In this document: in pieces, positions 4,456 to 5,563 of the stretch | Position numbering within the stretch: the stretch's first letter is position 1 | How the letters are laid out: every line of letters starts with the position of its first letter | Virus record (IMG/VR): IMGVR_UViG_2541047438_000019 | DNA length: 5,563 bases | Strand: one strand, 5' to 3' | DNA from: a virus | Taxonomy: Duplodnaviria > Heunggongvirae > Uroviricota > Caudoviricetes | Position numbers and translations under genes: made by a program | Notes under the pieces: generated by a model | Told to the model about the DNA's origin: nothing | Seen by the model: the letters and a program-made list of their open reading frames with translations, nothing else | The model's database searches: none

Positions 4456-5202
4456 ATGAAAAACATTGCGGCAGCCGGGGTTCTTGAACGTATTCGCAGA
4501 CTTGCACCACAGGCGTCGGTTCCACCGTACCGGACGGTGGAGGAGTGGCGGGAATGGCAACTTGCTGAAGGACGAAAACGCAGCGAGGAGATTAACCGCC
4601 AGAATCACCAGTTGCGGGTGGAAAAAATCCTGAATCGTTCGGGCATCCAGCCTCTGCACAGCAAATGCTCGTTTGCGAATTATCAGGTGCAGAACGACGG
4701 GCAAAAATACGCGCTGAGCCAGGCCAAATCCATAGCTGACGAACTGATGACCGGGTGCACGAATTTTGTGTTCAGCGGTAAAACCGGCACCGGGAAAAAT
4801 CACCTTGCAGCGGCGATGGGTAACCGGCTGATGGCGAAGGGGCGCAGCGTGATTATCGTCACCGTGTCTGATGTCATGAGCGTGTTGCATGACAGCTACG
4901 ACAACGGCAAATCCGGGGAAAAATTTTTACAGGAGCTTTGCAGTGTTGATTTGCTGGTCCTGGATGAAATAGGCGTTCAGCGGGAGACGAAAAACGAGCA
5001 GGTGGTATTACACCAGATAATTGATCGCCGGACAGCATCACTGTGCAGTGTCGGGATGTTAACAAACCTGAATCATGCCGCAATGAGTACACTTCTTGGT
5101 GAGAGGATTATGGACCGCATGACCATGAACGGTGGTCGATGGGTGACGTTTAACTGGGATAGCTGGCGTCCAAATGTCAGCAATATGAGGGTTGTGAAGT
5201 AA
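4456..5202 (+). CDS. DnaC-like replicative helicase loader (IstB/DnaC AAA+ ATPase), 248 aa
   Basis: Walker A FSGKTGTGKNHLAAA and Walker B LLVLDEIG. Overall resemblance to E. coli DnaC and the Rac prophage DnaC paralogue. AGGGGG at 4441-4446, 9 nt before ATG 4456, which lies 6 nt after the stop of the initiator gene. Confidence 0.9.
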   Translation: MKNIAAAGVLERIRRLAPQASVPPYRTVEEWREWQLAEGRKRSEEINRQNHQLRVEKILNRSGIQPLHSKCSFANYQVQNDGQKYALSQAKSIADELMTGCTNFVFSGKTGTGKNHLAAAMGNRLMAKGRSVIIVTVSDVMSVLHDSYDNGKSGEKFLQELCSVDLLVLDEIGVQRETKNEQVVLHQIIDRRTASLCSVGMLTNLNHAAMSTLLGERIMDRMTMNGGRWVTFNWDSWRPNVSNMRVVK

Positions 5203-5223
5203 TTTTGTCCGGAGGAAATTTTA

Positions 5224-5563
5224 ATGGAAACCGTATCTGACGCACTGAAAGCACTGAAAAAAGCCTCTTCACATGTGGTGGCAGCTCGCCTTGGAATCAG
5301 TCGTGAAGAGGCTGTCAACGAGCTGTGGGAACTCAAAATAAATGGCGTCGTTGATAAAACTGGTCACACCTGGTTTCTGGCTGGCGAAGGTGAATCCCGG
5401 GTAACCGAAGAGCGGCCAGTAAAATCTGAAGCACAGGATATGCTGACCGGGGAGGTCGAACAAAAAGTTACCGCAGACATGATGATTGAGTTTATCGGTC
5501 AGGATGGGGCTAAAACGTGTGAGGAACTGGCGGGTAAGTTCGGTGTCAGTACTCGCAAGGTTG
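5224..5563 (+). CDS. hypothetical phage protein, N-terminal 113 codons (gene continues past the right edge of the window)
   Basis: Absent from the ORF track because there is no stop in the window. ATG at 5224 preceded by GGAGG (5211-5215, 8-nt spacer); open frame to the window end. Translation METVSDALKALKKASSHVVAARLGISREEAVNELWELKINGVV...GAKTCEELAGKFGVSTRKV has two helix-turn-helix-like segments. Confidence 0.55.
   Translation, partial: METVSDALKALKKASSHVVAARLGISREEAVNELWELKINGVVDKTGHTWFLAGEGESRVTEERPVKSEAQDMLTGEVEQKVTADMMIEFIGQDGAKTCEELAGKFGVSTRKV

Noticed and set aside
4021-4890. 289-aa minus-strand ORF antisense to the initiator and loader genes
   Set aside because: Arg/His/Pro-rich with no motif, typical antisense shadow of GC-rich coding sequence, and it would overlap two well-supported genes with clear motifs and SDs.
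4874-5463. Minus-strand ORFs 4874-5092, 5073-5336 and 5269-5463
   Set aside because: Antisense to the loader gene and to the partial gene at 5224; no SD and no motif.
1-5563. Mobile elements, CRISPR arrays, tRNA or rRNA genes
   Set aside because: No terminal inverted repeats flanking a transposase-like ORF, no regularly spaced identical repeats with unique spacers, and no tRNA-like T-loop or cloverleaf signatures were found.

Overview
This 5.56-kb window reads as the immunity and early-replication region of a lambdoid enterobacterial prophage (Rac / CP-933P-like layout, E. coli-like codon usage). Minus strand: the 5' part of a leftward hypothetical gene (1-208) and a three-gene operon for a CI-like regulator (PaaR2-like, 1424-1795), a small antitoxin (PaaA2-like, 1212-1403) and a ParE-family toxin (932-1210). 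Plus strand: a small zinc-ribbon ORF (301-501), Cro-like YdaS (1893-2195), CII-like YdaT (2192-2617), an unknown 169-aa ORF (2631-3140), a replication initiator (3358-4449) carrying iteron-like repeats inside its own coding sequence, a DnaC-like helicase loader (4456-5202) and the start of a further gene (5224 onward). The divergent promoter/operator region (1796-1892) has three CACTAAAC repeats, and a second, inverted copy of the same module lies about 1 kb to the left (820-862). Most of this matches an architecture I recall as already described for CP-933P, so I see no clearly undescribed system; the open items are the unknown ORF at 2631-3140, the zinc-ribbon ORF, the duplicated operator module and the embedded origin-like repeats. 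No rRNA, tRNA, CRISPR array or transposase was seen. All family calls come from reading the translations and from recalled family features; no database search or folding was run.
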